Shown piece after piece: positions 37,666 through 47,143 of a stretch of 56,635 nucleotides of DNA. The notes beneath the pieces were generated by a model. That model was not told the origin of the DNA, searched no databases, and saw nothing but the letters and a program-made list of their open reading frames with translations. Numbering within the stretch: position 1 is the stretch's first letter; every line of letters starts with the position of its first letter. The DNA comes from Ignavibacteriota bacterium (GTDB taxonomy: Bacteria > Bacteroidota > Ignavibacteria > UBA10030): the NCBI GenBank assembly GCA_003819715.1, contig RPQN01000017.1:1-56635 (forward strand), in the 5' to 3' direction. Position numbers and translations under genes: made by a program.

Positions 37666-38991
37666 ATGTCCGACCTGTTCTCAAAAGAAGAAACTCAATC
37701 TGTTCGACCGCCCGCCGCACCGCTGGCAGAACGGGTACGCCCGAAAACTCTTGAGGAATATGTCGGGCAGGACCACCTGACCGGACCGGGCAAACCGCTG
37801 CGGCTCATGCTGGACCTGGGCGATGTAAATTCGATGATTCTCTGGGGACCGCCGGGTGTCGGCAAGACGACGCTCGCACGCTTGATTGCGAACCATGTGA
37901 AAGCGGAGTTTCATCAGCTCAATGCAGTTGCCGCCGGAGTCAAAGAGGTCCGGGAAGTCATTTCCCGGGCAGAGAAAAATTTAAAAGGACTTCACAAACG
38001 CACCATTTTATTCATTGATGAAATCCACCGCTTCAATAAAGCCCAGCAGGACGCACTCCTGCATTCCGTTGAAGAGGGGACCATCACCCTGATCGGTGCG
38101 ACAACGGAGAATCCGTCATTTGAAGTGATCTCTCCGCTGCTTTCCCGCTGCCAGGTCTATATTCTGGAATCGCTCGGCAGGGAAGCGCTGAACAGGATTC
38201 TCGATCAGGCATTATCAAAAGACCCGCTCCTGGCAAAACGCACCATTGAAATTTTAGACCGCGATTTTCTCATGCTTCTTTCCGGGGGAGACGCGCGCAA
38301 ACTCCTGAACGGTTTGGAAAACGCAATTCGTTTGACAAAACCGAATGCCAACGGTTCTATCACGATCACCAAACAAAAGATCGAGGATGCCCTCCAGCGT
38401 AAGTTTACGCTTTATGATAAAGAAGGCGAACAGCACTATGATATCATTTCGGCATTTATTAAAAGTGTACGCGGAAGCGATCCCGATGCGGCAGTGTACT
38501 GGATGGCACGGATGCTCGACGGCGGGGAAGATCCAAAATTCATCGCACGGCGAATGATTGTCCTCGCCTCTGAAGATATCGGGAACGCCGATCCCTACGG
38601 ACTCACGCTGGCAACTTCCTGTTTTACCGCTGTGGATTATATTGGCATGCCGGAGGCGCGCATCATTTTGGCGCAGACGGCGGTCTACCTTGCATCGTGT
38701 CCCAAAAGCAATGCCTCCTACAAAGCCATTGAAGGCGCCTGGAGCGATGTCCGGAATGTCCCCAACCTCCCGGTGCCGCTGCATATCCGCAATGCGCCGA
38801 CGAAGTTGATGGATGAACTGGGTTATGGAAAAGAGTATAAATACAGCCACGATTTTCCGGGACACTTTATCGAACAGCAGTTTCTTCCCGAGAATTTGAA
38901 GGAGAAATTGTATTACCGTCCATCCGAAAATGGAAGGGAAAAAGATATTCGCGAACGGCTGAATAAGTGGTGGAAGAAAAAACAGAGATAA
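37666..38991 (+). CDS. rarA: Replication-associated recombination protein A (AAA ATPase)
   Basis: Contains [38 protein letters not shown], and C-terminal MgsA motifs ([32 protein letters not shown]). Confidence 0.95.
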   Translation: MSDLFSKEETQSVRPPAAPLAERVRPKTLEEYVGQDHLTGPGKPLRLMLDLGDVNSMILWGPPGVGKTTLARLIANHVKAEFHQLNAVAAGVKEVREVISRAEKNLKGLHKRTILFIDEIHRFNKAQQDALLHSVEEGTITLIGATTENPSFEVISPLLSRCQVYILESLGREALNRILDQALSKDPLLAKRTIEILDRDFLMLLSGGDARKLLNGLENAIRLTKPNANGSITITKQKIEDALQRKFTLYDKEGEQHYDIISAFIKSVRGSDPDAAVYWMARMLDGGEDPKFIARRMIVLASEDIGNADPYGLTLATSCFTAVDYIGMPEARIILAQTAVYLASCPKSNASYKAIEGAWSDVRNVPNLPVPLHIRNAPTKLMDELGYGKEYKYSHDFPGHFIEQQFLPENLKEKLYYRPSENGREKDIRERLNKWWKKKQR

Positions 38992-39548
38992 ATATTTTCA
39001 GCGACAGCGTGTCATCTCCCCTTTTCTCCTCCAGCATCCGTTAAAAAGCTCAACGTTACCCATCCATCATAAATTCTGCGTAACTTGTGACTACATTTTT
39101 CTCGCATGTTTGGTATTGTGCCCGCCGTTCGATTCATGCACCATTCCTCCTTTCGTCAATTGAGAAAATTTTGCGATTTCAAAATCCGTCCGGCGGTAAC
39201 TCTTCAGGGTAAAGGCATCCATGAATTTCAGCTCAATCTCTTTATGAGGTTATCGATGCCATGCATGCACCCGGTTGTGAGATCGAATATTCTCTTCGTG
39301 CATGCTTCTTGACATTCAGCCGAATTATTTCGAACATTCAAAGAGGAAATCCAGGGAGACTATCAGAAAAATCCTATAAAATTTCAATTGCATGCAACAA
39401 TTCGTTTGTTGAAATTACAGGCCGCTGGTTCCCGATCGATGCGCGGGGGAGGGTTTCTCGGGGGCTTGATATATAACACATGAACTTTCAGTACAAAGCA
39501 GTATAATAGAGTGTCTTGTCATTGAAGAAATTGAAGAAGGAGAGGTCT

Positions 39549-41990
39549 ATGGAACGTAGAATTGTTCTCTGCGCCATGCTGGCGATGAGCATCGCCGCAT
39601 CTCTGACCTATGCGCAGCAGGCAGACCCGAGTTCTTTGAACACCGGCGGCCAGGAAATATATGTCGAGCCGCTTCAATCCCTGGATGCGGCGAAAACATC
39701 TATCGATCTCTGCGCGATCTCGTTGAAATCGAATGTCGTCGTCACTCTTTCGTCTGAAGGGATTATCAAACTTTACGATCTCCCGACACTGAAAGAGAAA
39801 ACAGCACTTGCCGCCATCCCCGTCCACGTGAATACCTTCGCGTTTTCCGCCTCCGGCCAAACACTGGCTCTCGGAGCTGCAGATGGAAAGGCATACCTGT
39901 TCAATATTAATGCTCCAACCAGTCCCAAGAAATTATCTCCCCATTCGCTGGGGATTACCTCCATGGCGTTTCAGGGTGAGAATTGGATGTTCACCGGAGG
40001 TTTTGATAAGAAAGCGGTTATCACAGAAACAACGAACGGCGATGTGCTGGGAACGCTGCCGGATTTTCAGGAAGATGTGAGTGCGCTGGCGGTTCATCCC
40101 ACCGCAAAGCTATTCGCCGTGGGATTGTCTTCCGGCACGATTCAACTGTATGCGGTGGCAAAAATGGAGCTTCAAAAAGCCCTCACCGAAAGCAGAAATA
40201 AAATTTCATCCATGAGTTACAGTGTTGATGGAAAATTCCTTGCCGCCGGGGCCGTCGATGGCAGTGTGTACCTCTGGGATATGCAAACCGGTGCCCTGAA
40301 AATACGATATTCCCAGAAAGGGATGATTGCATCCGTATCCTTCGATCCGAAGTCACGCTGGCTCGTTTCCGCTGCATCAGACAGTTCTCTGAGATTTCTT
40401 GATGTAGCATCGCTTGCCACGGTCAAAACGATGGTGGAACGGGACGGCCGCACCACGTTTGCAGGATTTATAAACGACGATATCCTTCTTACCAGTACCA
40501 GCAAGGGAAAACTGAAAAGCTGGAAAATCGCATTAGCCCCGCCGGACACCACCAATCCGGGTATCGTATTGGAGAACACGGCGGATAGTACGGTGATCGC
40601 CAAAGTGTTCGGCAAAGAGTATGAAATCCGCGGCGTGATTTATGACGATAATGAATTGAAAGATCCCGTGATCAACGGAAAACCGCTTTCGCTGGCTCCG
40701 CTCGGAACCAATACCACGGTCAAAATTCCGGCGGGCATGAAGGCGGTAAAACAATTCAGCACCGTGCTGAAATTAGATTCCGTTGGCCTGATCCCGTTTG
40801 AAATCAACGCGGCAGACAATGCGAAACATATAACCCGCACAAGCGGATTTGTTCAGCGCCTCTCAAATGATCAGGCGGTGGAAGTCGAATATCCACTTCT
40901 GAATTCTGAAACGGACGCCATGTCCGTCCCGGTAAAATTCCGGACATGGTTTGATGTCGGTTCGTATTCGATCTCGGTGAACATGGTGGATATCGTGAAC
41001 GGCCAGGTGCCGGAATTCAAAGTTGCCGGCGATGTCATTGCGGATGAAGTACCGCTGGTTGCCGGATATAATCAGATTCAAATTTCCATCACGAGTAAAA
41101 ACGGTGAACGGTTTTCCAAAACGATCGGCATTAACCGGAAAGCATCGATTCTCGGTGCAGGCACTTTTGCTGCGGATGGCGGTGCAAAGAAACAGCGTGT
41201 TGCGGGCGCCGGTCCGCAGGCGTGGGCAGTGGTCGTTGGTGTTTCGGAATATCAGAGTGCTGGAATTCCAAGCTTGAAATACGCCGATAAGGATGCAGAA
41301 GCGCTCGCAAATTTCCTTCGCCGTCCGGAAGGCGGGGGATATGACTCCAACCATATGCTCGTGTTATTGAATAAAGATGCAACGTTGGCAAACTTACGGC
41401 AGGCATTGATCACGTTCCTTAATCAAGCGATCGACATGGACCTGGTCATTATCTATTTCGCGGGTCATGGCGCCTCGGATCCGGCGAAGCCGAAAAATAT
41501 GTACTTGCTGACCAATGACAGCGATCCCAACACGCTCGGCACCACGGCATTTCCCATGTGGGATATTCAAACCGTACTGGCACGGTACATCAGTGCAAAA
41601 CGCGTTGTGGTCTTTACCGATGCGTGCCACAGCGGCGGTATCAGTGTGAACTTTGCAACACGCGGGCTGGGGGAAACGGAACCCAATTTGGTCAACCAGT
41701 ATATCGCGGATCTTTCGAAAACGAAGGAGGGGATTGTCGTTTTTACCGCGAGTGCAGCTGGTGAAGTATCGCAGGAGTTTCCGGAATTTTCTCATGGGGC
41801 ATTCACCTACTATCTCCTGGAAGGGATGGCGGGCAAAGCCGACGAAAACAACGATTACACGGTCACGATCAATGAACTGATGCAGTACGTCGAAGAGCAG
41901 GTCAAGCGCAAGACGCACGGCGCACAGAACCCGACCCGGAGTCAAACCGAGTTCGATAAAGAGATGACGATTTCGACTATTCCTCATTAA
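39549..41990 (+). CDS. Secreted WD40-repeat protein with C-terminal caspase (peptidase C14) domain
   Basis: AAGGAGAGG SD and a signal peptide (MERRIVLCAMLAMSIAASLTYAQQ). About 7 WD40-like blades (e.g. GSVYLWDM, SSLRFLD). The caspase domain starts at AWAVVVGVSEYQ. The His is in IIYFAGHGAS (codon 41466-41468) and the Cys in FTDACHSGG (codon 41625-41627). Confidence 0.85.
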   Translation: MERRIVLCAMLAMSIAASLTYAQQADPSSLNTGGQEIYVEPLQSLDAAKTSIDLCAISLKSNVVVTLSSEGIIKLYDLPTLKEKTALAAIPVHVNTFAFSASGQTLALGAADGKAYLFNINAPTSPKKLSPHSLGITSMAFQGENWMFTGGFDKKAVITETTNGDVLGTLPDFQEDVSALAVHPTAKLFAVGLSSGTIQLYAVAKMELQKALTESRNKISSMSYSVDGKFLAAGAVDGSVYLWDMQTGALKIRYSQKGMIASVSFDPKSRWLVSAASDSSLRFLDVASLATVKTMVERDGRTTFAGFINDDILLTSTSKGKLKSWKIALAPPDTTNPGIVLENTADSTVIAKVFGKEYEIRGVIYDDNELKDPVINGKPLSLAPLGTNTTVKIPAGMKAVKQFSTVLKLDSVGLIPFEINAADNAKHITRTSGFVQRLSNDQAVEVEYPLLNSETDAMSVPVKFRTWFDVGSYSISVNMVDIVNGQVPEFKVAGDVIADEVPLVAGYNQIQISITSKNGERFSKTIGINRKASILGAGTFAADGGAKKQRVAGAGPQAWAVVVGVSEYQSAGIPSLKYADKDAEALANFLRRPEGGGYDSNHMLVLLNKDATLANLRQALITFLNQAIDMDLVIIYFAGHGASDPAKPKNMYLLTNDSDPNTLGTTAFPMWDIQTVLARYISAKRVVVFTDACHSGGISVNFATRGLGETEPNLVNQYIADLSKTKEGIVVFTASAAGEVSQEFPEFSHGAFTYYLLEGMAGKADENNDYTVTINELMQYVEEQVKRKTHGAQNPTRSQTEFDKEMTISTIPH

Positions 41991-42011
41991 ATTGTAGAAA
42001 GGAACCACCAC

Positions 42012-42707
42012 ATGCGATTCTTCATTCTTCTTGTAATTCTCCTGGGTTGTTTCGCAGTTGGATTTCGATCCAGCGATCAACCGGCGCCGGCCGTCCCCGC
42101 GGTTCAGCAAAACGAAGCGAACATCGGATTTGAATGGGCATTCGGTGCCCTCGTGGGAAAAGAAAAAACGATGGTCCCCGTGACACACGATACGACCCTG
42201 AAGACCGGGGATGAAATTAAAATGATGGTAAAGCTGACCAAAGATTGTTACGTGTATGTGATTTATCAGGGTTCAAAGGGCGAAGTGAACCTACTCTTCC
42301 CGTATGAGATCCGGCAGTTCCAGGCCGACTACAAAGCCGAGAAAAATTATTATGTCCCCAAAGGCCGTCCATGGATTGCCCTTGATAAAAACACGGGAAA
42401 GGAAGTTTTTTTCCTGGTCGCCTCTACGGAACGGCTGCTCGATCTGGAAGTGAAACTCGGCAATTACTTGTCTGCCGACGATACAAAAAAACAGCTCCTC
42501 GCCGGTGACGTCATATCGGAGATACGCAGCGTGCGAAAACGTTATTCAACATTTTCAACGCTTGCTGAAAAACCGGTCACGATCGGAGGAAATATCCGGG
42601 GCACCGAGAAGGTGGAAAAGGCACGCCGTCCGGACGTCGCAACCATCGCCACACAGATCAGCGCCAACAACTTCTACAGTAAAACGATCACTATTGACCA
42701 CCAGTAA
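42012..42707 (+). CDS. DUF4384 domain protein, probable lipoprotein
   Basis: Lipobox-like LLGC at residues 10-13. GDEIKMMVKLTKDCYVYVIYQGSKGEVNLLFPY matches the DUF4384 core pattern. It starts 21 nt after the caspase gene. Confidence 0.75.
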   Translation: MRFFILLVILLGCFAVGFRSSDQPAPAVPAVQQNEANIGFEWAFGALVGKEKTMVPVTHDTTLKTGDEIKMMVKLTKDCYVYVIYQGSKGEVNLLFPYEIRQFQADYKAEKNYYVPKGRPWIALDKNTGKEVFFLVASTERLLDLEVKLGNYLSADDTKKQLLAGDVISEIRSVRKRYSTFSTLAEKPVTIGGNIRGTEKVEKARRPDVATIATQISANNFYSKTITIDHQ

Positions 42708-42729
42708 AAAAAGAACGTTGAGGGACACG

Positions 42730-44682
42730 ATGATCATCATCGTGTCCTCCTTTTTGTTCGGACATCTGATCTTCTGGCTGCTTCCAAGTGTATTTGAAAC
42801 ATGGAACTCCCAGGCATTTGACCAGATATTTGTACTGCGTACAAAATATTTTCCTTCCTCCACTCCATACGATAGCACCATTGTCCACGTCAGCGAGACG
42901 GACAGCAGCAAACAGGCAATGTCGGGTGGAACGTATGTTGCCCGTTCACAATATGGACAGATCGTCCGTAATTTAGGCGAAGTGGGTACGGCAGCACAAA
43001 TCTGGGATTATTTTTTCTTGTATAAAGATCCTACAGATCCGAGGGAAGACTCCATATTCATCGCTTGTAATAAAGCTGCCGGTAATGTGTATTATGGAAT
43101 GTATTTCGATTTAAAAGACAAACCGCTTCTCTCAAAGCAATCTCGTCCGGCTTCTCATCTGGAATACCTCTCCTCGACAAAATGGCAAGTAAAAGTAGAG
43201 GGTGATATAAGTAAAATGTATGTTGGAGAAAACCCGGTCATCACCTATCCGGAGGTCGCCTCGGTAATTCGTGGACAAGGGTATCTGAGCTTAAGACAGG
43301 ATCCCGATGGTGTTTTTCGCCGTGCGCCTCTTCTTATTCGCTATGACGATGCTTTTTACCCAAGTTTTCCGTTCAGGACAATTTGCGATTATCTCCATGT
43401 TGCGCCCGACCGAATTATTCTTCATCCAGGAAAAAGCATTACACTTCAAGGCGCATACCGTCCCGGTGCAAAACCGCATGACATAGTCATTCCTGTGGAT
43501 GAACGATGCAATATTATCGTCAATTTTGTTGGACCCTGGGGCACCATGATCGATTACAAAACGGTGCAAATTTACAATTTGTCGAATGACCGTGATGCAA
43601 TGGAATATGATTGGAAACCTCTCCTGCAGGGTAAAATTGCCGTTGTGAATGAAGCTTCAACGGGTGCAACCGATATTTATTCGGTACCGACAGACGTGAA
43701 GTACCCGCTGGGCGGATTGCATGCAAATGTTATGAATACAATCCTTACAGAAAACTTTTTGCAGGAAGCGAGTTCAACTGAAAAAATTGGAATTGAATTT
43801 TTGCTCCTTATTGCCATTGGACTGCTTGCAGTAAAATTCAGCTCTCGCGGATTATGGCTGGGTGCCCTGGCACTCTTGATTGGTTATATTGCGTTCATTA
43901 TCGCGGCATTTCTGTACGGTAACCTGATCATCAATATTGTACGGCCTATTCTTATCACAGGAACCGCAGTGTTTTGTGTGCTGGTCTATCGATTTATCAA
44001 TGAAGAACGGGAAAAAGAAGCAACGCAAAGATCGTTTGAAGCATATTTGCCGCCGTCGGTGGTTAAACGCCAGCTGGCACATCCGGAATCTATCTTCGAG
44101 GTCCAGAAAAAAGAACTTACGATCATGTTTACCGATATCAAGAGTTTTACAACCTATTCTTCTACCATGACGCCGGATCAAATTCAAAATTTTCTTGCTG
44201 AATATTTTGATGCAATGGTTCAAATCGTTTTCAAATACGAAGGTACAGTCGACAAATATATCGGAGATGGGCTGATGGTGTTCTTCGGCGCTCCTGAACC
44301 GCAATCTGACCATGCCGTACGCGCCGTAAAAGCAGGTATCGAGATGCAGTTAAAATGCCGTGAGCTGAAAGAGAAATGGGTGAAAGAAGGATTGTTCCCG
44401 TTAAAAATCCGGGTCGGCATCAATACGGGCGAGGTGGTGGTGGGCAATATGGGGACGAGAAAAAAACTCGCCTATACTGTACTCGGCTCGGATGTGAACC
44501 TCGCCAACCGTCTCGAATCCAACGCACCGGTTGAAGGGATTATGATTTCACGCCGCACATACGATTTGGTAAAAGACCATGTGACGACGCTCCCGCATGA
44601 ACCGGTGCTGGTCAAGGGTCTTGATACCCCGATTGAAGTGTATACCGTCCCGGTCGAGGATGCCGTTCCGCCTCTCGCTTGA
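42730..44682 (+). CDS. CHASE2 sensor domain-containing class III adenylate/guanylate cyclase
   Basis: N-terminal TM segment, about 330 aa of extracytoplasmic CHASE2-like region, and 3-4 further TM segments. The cyclase domain has TIMFTDIKSFT, DKYIGDGLMVFFGAP and RVGINTGEVVVGNMG. The ORF-track start of 42505 overlaps the upstream gene, so I took the ATG at 42730. Confidence 0.85.
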   Translation: MIIIVSSFLFGHLIFWLLPSVFETWNSQAFDQIFVLRTKYFPSSTPYDSTIVHVSETDSSKQAMSGGTYVARSQYGQIVRNLGEVGTAAQIWDYFFLYKDPTDPREDSIFIACNKAAGNVYYGMYFDLKDKPLLSKQSRPASHLEYLSSTKWQVKVEGDISKMYVGENPVITYPEVASVIRGQGYLSLRQDPDGVFRRAPLLIRYDDAFYPSFPFRTICDYLHVAPDRIILHPGKSITLQGAYRPGAKPHDIVIPVDERCNIIVNFVGPWGTMIDYKTVQIYNLSNDRDAMEYDWKPLLQGKIAVVNEASTGATDIYSVPTDVKYPLGGLHANVMNTILTENFLQEASSTEKIGIEFLLLIAIGLLAVKFSSRGLWLGALALLIGYIAFIIAAFLYGNLIINIVRPILITGTAVFCVLVYRFINEEREKEATQRSFEAYLPPSVVKRQLAHPESIFEVQKKELTIMFTDIKSFTTYSSTMTPDQIQNFLAEYFDAMVQIVFKYEGTVDKYIGDGLMVFFGAPEPQSDHAVRAVKAGIEMQLKCRELKEKWVKEGLFPLKIRVGINTGEVVVGNMGTRKKLAYTVLGSDVNLANRLESNAPVEGIMISRRTYDLVKDHVTTLPHEPVLVKGLDTPIEVYTVPVEDAVPPLA

Positions 44683-44746
44683 TTTTCCCGCCGCCATTCT
44701 TCATATTGATTGACCCGAAAGACGTGATGGATGAGCTTGAGCGGTC

Positions 44747-45634
44747 ATGCCCAACATGAGTAATCCGAAACTTCATATCAAAGGAAAATATTGGTCGGCA
44801 GACGATGGATTCCGCTACTGTGAATCCATCGCCCGCAGCCACTATGAAAATTTTCCTGTCGCGTCGCATTTTGTTCCAAAAGAAATACGCAAATACGTCT
44901 GGACCATTTATGCCTTTGCGCGCATCGCAGATGATTATGCAGATGAGCCCGGGTTTACCATCGCCGAACGGATGGATAATCTGAATCAATGGGACCAGTA
45001 CCTCGACGAATGTTATGACGGCAACCCGGCGCACCGCGTGTTCGCTGCTCTTGCAGAGACGGTGGAACGATTTCAAATTCCGCGTGAATTATTGCAGAAT
45101 CTCCTTACGGCATTCCGCTCGGATGTCACCGTCAAGCGGTATGAGACCTATGAAGAGGTCCTGGCCTATTGCCGCAACTCCGCCAACCCCATCGGGAGAT
45201 TGCTCCTGCTGCTCTTTAATTATCGCAGTGAATCGTTGCTCCACCTGTCTGATTCCATATGCACCGCACTGCAGCTGACAAATTTTTGGCAGGATGTTTC
45301 GCTCGATCTGCTCAAAGACCGTATTTATCTTCCGCTGGAGGAAATGGAGGAGTTCGGCTATACCGAACAGGAGTTGATCGGCCGGATCGTAAACGACCAT
45401 TTTCGCGATTTCATGGCATTCCAAGTCAGGCGCACCGCGGATCTTTTTGTTGAAGGAAAACCGCTCCTTTCGATGGTGGGGAAGGATTTATCACTGGAAT
45501 TGAAGCTGACCTGGAACGGCGGGACGAGAATTCTTCAAAAAATACACCAGCAGAATTACGACGTGCTGTCCAAGCGTCCGTCATTATCGAAACTGGACAA
45601 GCTGGGACTACTCTTTCGTTCATTTTTATCGTAA
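44747..45634 (+). CDS. hpnC: Squalene synthase HpnC (squalene/phytoene synthase family)
   Basis: YCESIARSHYENFPVAS ... IYAFARIADDYADE fits the HpnC N-terminal signature. Confidence 0.75.
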   Translation: MPNMSNPKLHIKGKYWSADDGFRYCESIARSHYENFPVASHFVPKEIRKYVWTIYAFARIADDYADEPGFTIAERMDNLNQWDQYLDECYDGNPAHRVFAALAETVERFQIPRELLQNLLTAFRSDVTVKRYETYEEVLAYCRNSANPIGRLLLLLFNYRSESLLHLSDSICTALQLTNFWQDVSLDLLKDRIYLPLEEMEEFGYTEQELIGRIVNDHFRDFMAFQVRRTADLFVEGKPLLSMVGKDLSLELKLTWNGGTRILQKIHQQNYDVLSKRPSLSKLDKLGLLFRSFLS

Positions 45635-45643
45635 CTTAGATCT

Positions 45644-46528
45644 ATGCCAACAGCCGCATCGGTCATACCGGACTTCTCGCAGAATCGGAAGAGCAGTTTT
45701 TATTACTCCTTCCTTATCCTGCCGCGCCCGAAGCGCGATGCGATCGAAACGATTTATGCCTTTTGCCGTTTCACCGACGATATTGTCGATGAAGCCGGGG
45801 ACGAAAAAGAAAAACATGCATTGCTCCTGCAGTGGACGGAGGAACTGAAGCGTTCATTGTACGGAGTCTCGCGTTATTCTCTGCTGAATAAACTTTCCGC
45901 CATCATCCAGCGGTTCCATATCCCGATTGAACATTTTTATGAATTGATTAAGGGGATGGAAATGGACCTGCTCAACACGCGGTACGGAACATTTCATGAA
46001 CTCGAGCAATACTGCTACCGCGCCGCATCCACCGTCGGATTGATCTGCGCGGAAGTATTCGGTTACAAGAATGAAAAGACGAAGCAGTACGCCATCAACC
46101 TCGGCATCGCGCTGCAGCTCACGAATATTCTGCGGGATATCAAAGCCGATGCCAAGCGCGGGCGTATTTATCTGCCGCTGGAAGATTTGAGAACGTTCGG
46201 GTATTCTGAAAACGATCTGCTCAACTGCACCTATGACGAACGATTTGTGAGCCTGATGAAGTTCGAATGCGACCGTGCTCATGAATATTTTCACCGGGCA
46301 AAGGCATGCCTCGCGGAGGAGGATAAACCGCTCTTCACCGCCGCGCGCACCATGGGGAATATCTATTATTTGCTGCTCCTCAGAATTGAACGCGCGCAGT
46401 ACGACGTCTTTTCCAAGCGTATTCGATTATCATCGCCGCTCAAGATCCTCGTTGCGATGGTCCTTCAGCTCAGGAAAAATTTTCCGAAAAATTTCCACCG
46501 GTATGTCCATACGGAACTGCCGGCATAA
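45644..46528 (+). CDS. hpnD: Presqualene diphosphate synthase HpnD (squalene/phytoene synthase family)
   Basis: SSFYYSFLILPRPKRDAIETIYAFCRFTDDIVDE fits the HpnD signature. A second Asp-rich region lies near NILRDIKADAKRGRIYLP. Confidence 0.75.
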   Translation: MPTAASVIPDFSQNRKSSFYYSFLILPRPKRDAIETIYAFCRFTDDIVDEAGDEKEKHALLLQWTEELKRSLYGVSRYSLLNKLSAIIQRFHIPIEHFYELIKGMEMDLLNTRYGTFHELEQYCYRAASTVGLICAEVFGYKNEKTKQYAINLGIALQLTNILRDIKADAKRGRIYLPLEDLRTFGYSENDLLNCTYDERFVSLMKFECDRAHEYFHRAKACLAEEDKPLFTAARTMGNIYYLLLLRIERAQYDVFSKRIRLSSPLKILVAMVLQLRKNFPKNFHRYVHTELPA

Positions 46529-46663
46529 CCGGACGGGAATACGATTGGATGGATTCCTGGAATTCGCCGGGAATGTTCTTGAACAGCGGGAAGATTGCAA
46601 CTCAACGCAACATTTACTACTTTTGTGTCGAATAACCGTCCTGTTCCTTTGAATGAGGCGTCC

Positions 46664-47050
46664 ATGAAAAGCACGAGTATCAAAAAACTGTATTATTCCA
46701 TCAGCGAAGTCAGCAGAATTACCGGACTGGAGCAGTATGTCCTGCGCTATTGGGAAACCGAATTTCCGGAGTTGAAACCTGCAAAAAATCGCGCCGGCAA
46801 CCGTATCTATACCAATAAAGATATTAAGCTGATCATGCACATCAAGCAGTTATTACGGGACGAGAAGTATACCATTGAGGGTGCAAAGCAGGTGATGAAA
46901 GAGTTCACTCCCGAACCGGACACCGGGGAACAACTTGAGCTGCTCAATGTGCCGCAAAAGAAAAAAATTCAGGACGATGATATCAGAAAAGAAATGACCG
47001 AAGTCAAAGAATTTTTAGAAGAGATCCTCGTCAAGCTCGATACACCGTAA
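46664..47050 (+). CDS. MerR family transcriptional regulator
   Basis: YYSISEVSRITGLEQYVLRYWETEFPELKPAKNRAGNRIYTNKDI is a MerR-type HTH. There is no C-terminal ligand-binding domain. Start taken at the ATG at 46664. Confidence 0.8.
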   Translation: MKSTSIKKLYYSISEVSRITGLEQYVLRYWETEFPELKPAKNRAGNRIYTNKDIKLIMHIKQLLRDEKYTIEGAKQVMKEFTPEPDTGEQLELLNVPQKKKIQDDDIRKEMTEVKEFLEEILVKLDTP

Positions 47051-47143
47051 CCGTTCCCCGCCGGCCGATAAAATAACCCTCGGGGTCCCTCGTCGCAGTT
47101 CCCCGTTTCAATCTCCTGTCGCCAATTCAGGTCAACCGAAAAA

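Noticed and set aside
39091-39222. 43-codon minus-strand ORF (MDAFTLKSYRRTDFEIAKFSQLTKGGMVHESNGGHNTKHARKM), plus the plus-strand ORFs 39106..39312 and 39261..39476 in the rarA-caspase gap.
   Set aside because: They are too short, have no motif I can assign and no convincing SD. At most this is a gene remnant, so it is not called as a feature.
42505-42729. N-terminal extensions proposed by the ORF track. These cover the cyclase 42505-42729, ddl 35880-36074, ettA 48818-48904, trpF 49482-49625, the thioesterase 12322-12414, MerR 46595-46663 and the Y_Y_Y gene 51463-51558.
   Set aside because: The extensions overlap upstream genes or intergenic DNA and encode non-homologous low-complexity residues. 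Internal ATGs give N-termini that match the family, in several cases with an SD.
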